NCBI GenBank assembly: GCA_031279795.1
Contig: JAITHZ010000159.1
Location: 1 to 26,646 of the forward strand
Direction of reading: 5' to 3'
Origin: Bacteroidales bacterium
GTDB lineage: Bacteria > Bacteroidota > Bacteroidia > Bacteroidales > WRGA01
DNA length: 26,646 nucleotides
Positions 25,413-26,646 of the stretch are shown piece after piece (within the stretch, counting starts at the first letter, position 1; each line of letters begins with the position of its first letter). Under the pieces are notes generated by a model. That model saw only the letters and a program-made list of their open reading frames with translations, was not told the DNA's origin and searched no databases. A program made the translations under genes and the position numbers.

Positions 25413-25862
25413 GCCAGGGTATTTTCCTGTCTGCAAAGCCTCCTTTTCGATGCGAGAAATTTCGTTGGCATTTAATCCAGACAAATAAGCTGAAAAAGGG
25501 GCTTTTATTTCTAATGAAATTTCTGTTTCATTAGAAGCAGAAGTACTTTCACCTGTTTGCATAACAAATTTTGTCATTGGCGAAAACGGAATAAAAGTCA
25601 GAGAATCCGACGCACAATGGATATTAACCTGATTATCATTAATAAATGAAACAAGTTCATCAAAATTGGCTGCATAGACACCTTTTTTTTCATAAAAAAA
25701 GGATTGCGCATTTTTGATGCACTCCATGCGTTGATTGACAACACGTTCACGCATTTTTCGTTCAGTTGAAAAATGCAATGACTGGTAAACGCTATTTACA
25801 CATAAACCTGTGACGATGATTGCCGCAAGTATCAATAAAAATTTTATTCCTGTCGTATGCAT
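25395..25862 (-). CDS. Conserved Bacteroidetes hypothetical protein with single N-terminal membrane anchor
   Basis: KFLLILAAIIVTGLCVNSVY anchor; F..E...R...V..R...IK.AQ..F....G.YA..FDEL, DSL.FIP and E.KAPF..YL blocks; upstream of DUF3822. Confidence 0.7.
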   Translation of the reverse strand: MHTTGIKFLLILAAIIVTGLCVNSVYQSLHFSTERKMRERVVNQRMECIKNAQSFFYEKKGVYAANFDELVSFINDNQVNIHCASDSLTFIPFSPMTKFVMQTGESTSASNETEISLEIKAPFSAYLSGLNANEISRIEKEALQTGKYPGLRIRN

Positions 25863-25910
25863 AATTTCGTATGCAAATTTACGATAGAAGAATGCGGATT
25901 TCTATTTTCA

Positions 25911-26646
25911 TCAGATTCCCAACGATGCTTTCAGGGCTTCTATCTTTGCATTGGCTTTGTTTTCAGCCTCCTGCAAGCTATTTTTATCTTTCAGTTCACC
26001 GGAAACTTCTACATAAAATTTAATTTTGGGTTCGGTTCCCGAAGGACGAATAGAAACTTTTGTTCCATCTTCCGTAAAATATTGCAATACATTGGAAGTG
26101 GTGGGCATATCCAAGATTATCCTTTCGTTTTCGAGGAAATCTGTTCCGGTCAATGTAGAGAAGTCCTTGATTAATATTACTTTCGAACCGGCGATTTCCT
26201 TAATTGGGTTGTTTCGGAAATTTGTCATCATCGCATCAATTTCTTCGGCGCCTGATTTTCCTTTTTTTACAACAGAAATGCCTTTTTCTTTCGAAAATCC
26301 GTATTCGACGTAAATATCCAGCAAGAAATCATAGAGAGTTTTGTTCCGGTCTTTTAGCCATGCGGCAATTTCGGCCATTAAAGCGCAGGAAGAAACAGCG
26401 TCTTTGTCGCGCACAAAATCTTCGGGCAGAAAACCATAACTTTCCTCTCCGCCTCCGATATATGTTTTCTTTCCTTCGTTTTCGCGCATGACAGCGGCAA
26501 TCCATTTAAAGCCCGTATAACAGTCGAAATATTCGATGCAGTTCTTTTTGGCAATTTTGGCGATGAGTTCTGTCGTTACAATTGTTTTTACGATATACTC
26601 GTCACCTTTAATTTTTCCTTTTTCTTTCCATTGACTGATAAGGTAA
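25911..26646 (-). CDS. Phospho-sugar mutase (phosphoglucomutase/phosphomannomutase), C-terminal part; partial at right edge
   Basis: The frame extends to the window edge: KTIVTTELI..YTGFKWIA, GGEESYG, VRDKDAV, IRPSGTEPKIKFY; TGA at 25911. Confidence 0.93.
   Translation of the reverse strand, partial: YLISQWKEKGKIKGDEYIVKTIVTTELIAKIAKKNCIEYFDCYTGFKWIAAVMRENEGKKTYIGGGEESYGFLPEDFVRDKDAVSSCALMAEIAAWLKDRNKTLYDFLLDIYVEYGFSKEKGISVVKKGKSGAEEIDAMMTNFRNNPIKEIAGSKVILIKDFSTLTGTDFLENERIILDMPTTSNVLQYFTEDGTKVSIRPSGTEPKIKFYVEVSGELKDKNSLQEAENKANAKIEALKASLGI

Noticed and set aside
1-26646. rRNA, tRNA, transposase, integrase or phage genes
   Set aside because: None recognisable in the window.

Overview
Bacteroidales chromosomal window (TAnnTTTG promoters, T9SS C-terminal sorting domains, DUF3822-rsmD context). 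Left: 5' part of a hybrid two-component sensor (minus strand, runs off the left edge, missing from the ORF track), dnaA, a long AT-rich divergent intergenic region with a 23-bp Fur-box-like palindrome, a short NfeD gene and a GH105 lipoprotein. Middle (6628-23794, all minus strand): an apparent ~17 kb operon with six proteins carrying T9SS-type tails (CBM-only protein, GH128-like glucanase, LamG/CBM protein, GH43_24, CotH kinase-lectin fusion, 1204-aa beta-trefoil/FIVAR protein). A DUF6057 membrane protein plus a CxxCH/PD40 lipoprotein pair sits in its middle, and there is no SusC/SusD. Right: core genes (rsmD, DUF3822, conserved hypothetical, 3' part of a phospho-sugar mutase). The most unusual non-coding features are (i) heptamer repeats (AATTAGG/AATTAAG/AATTACG/AGTTGAG) at gene junctions, which often supply the stop codon and form perfect 28-29 bp hairpins, and (ii) a ~780-bp composite intergenic element with ~17 quasi-palindromic 21/22-nt units. 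Family assignments come from motif recognition by eye; no searches were run.
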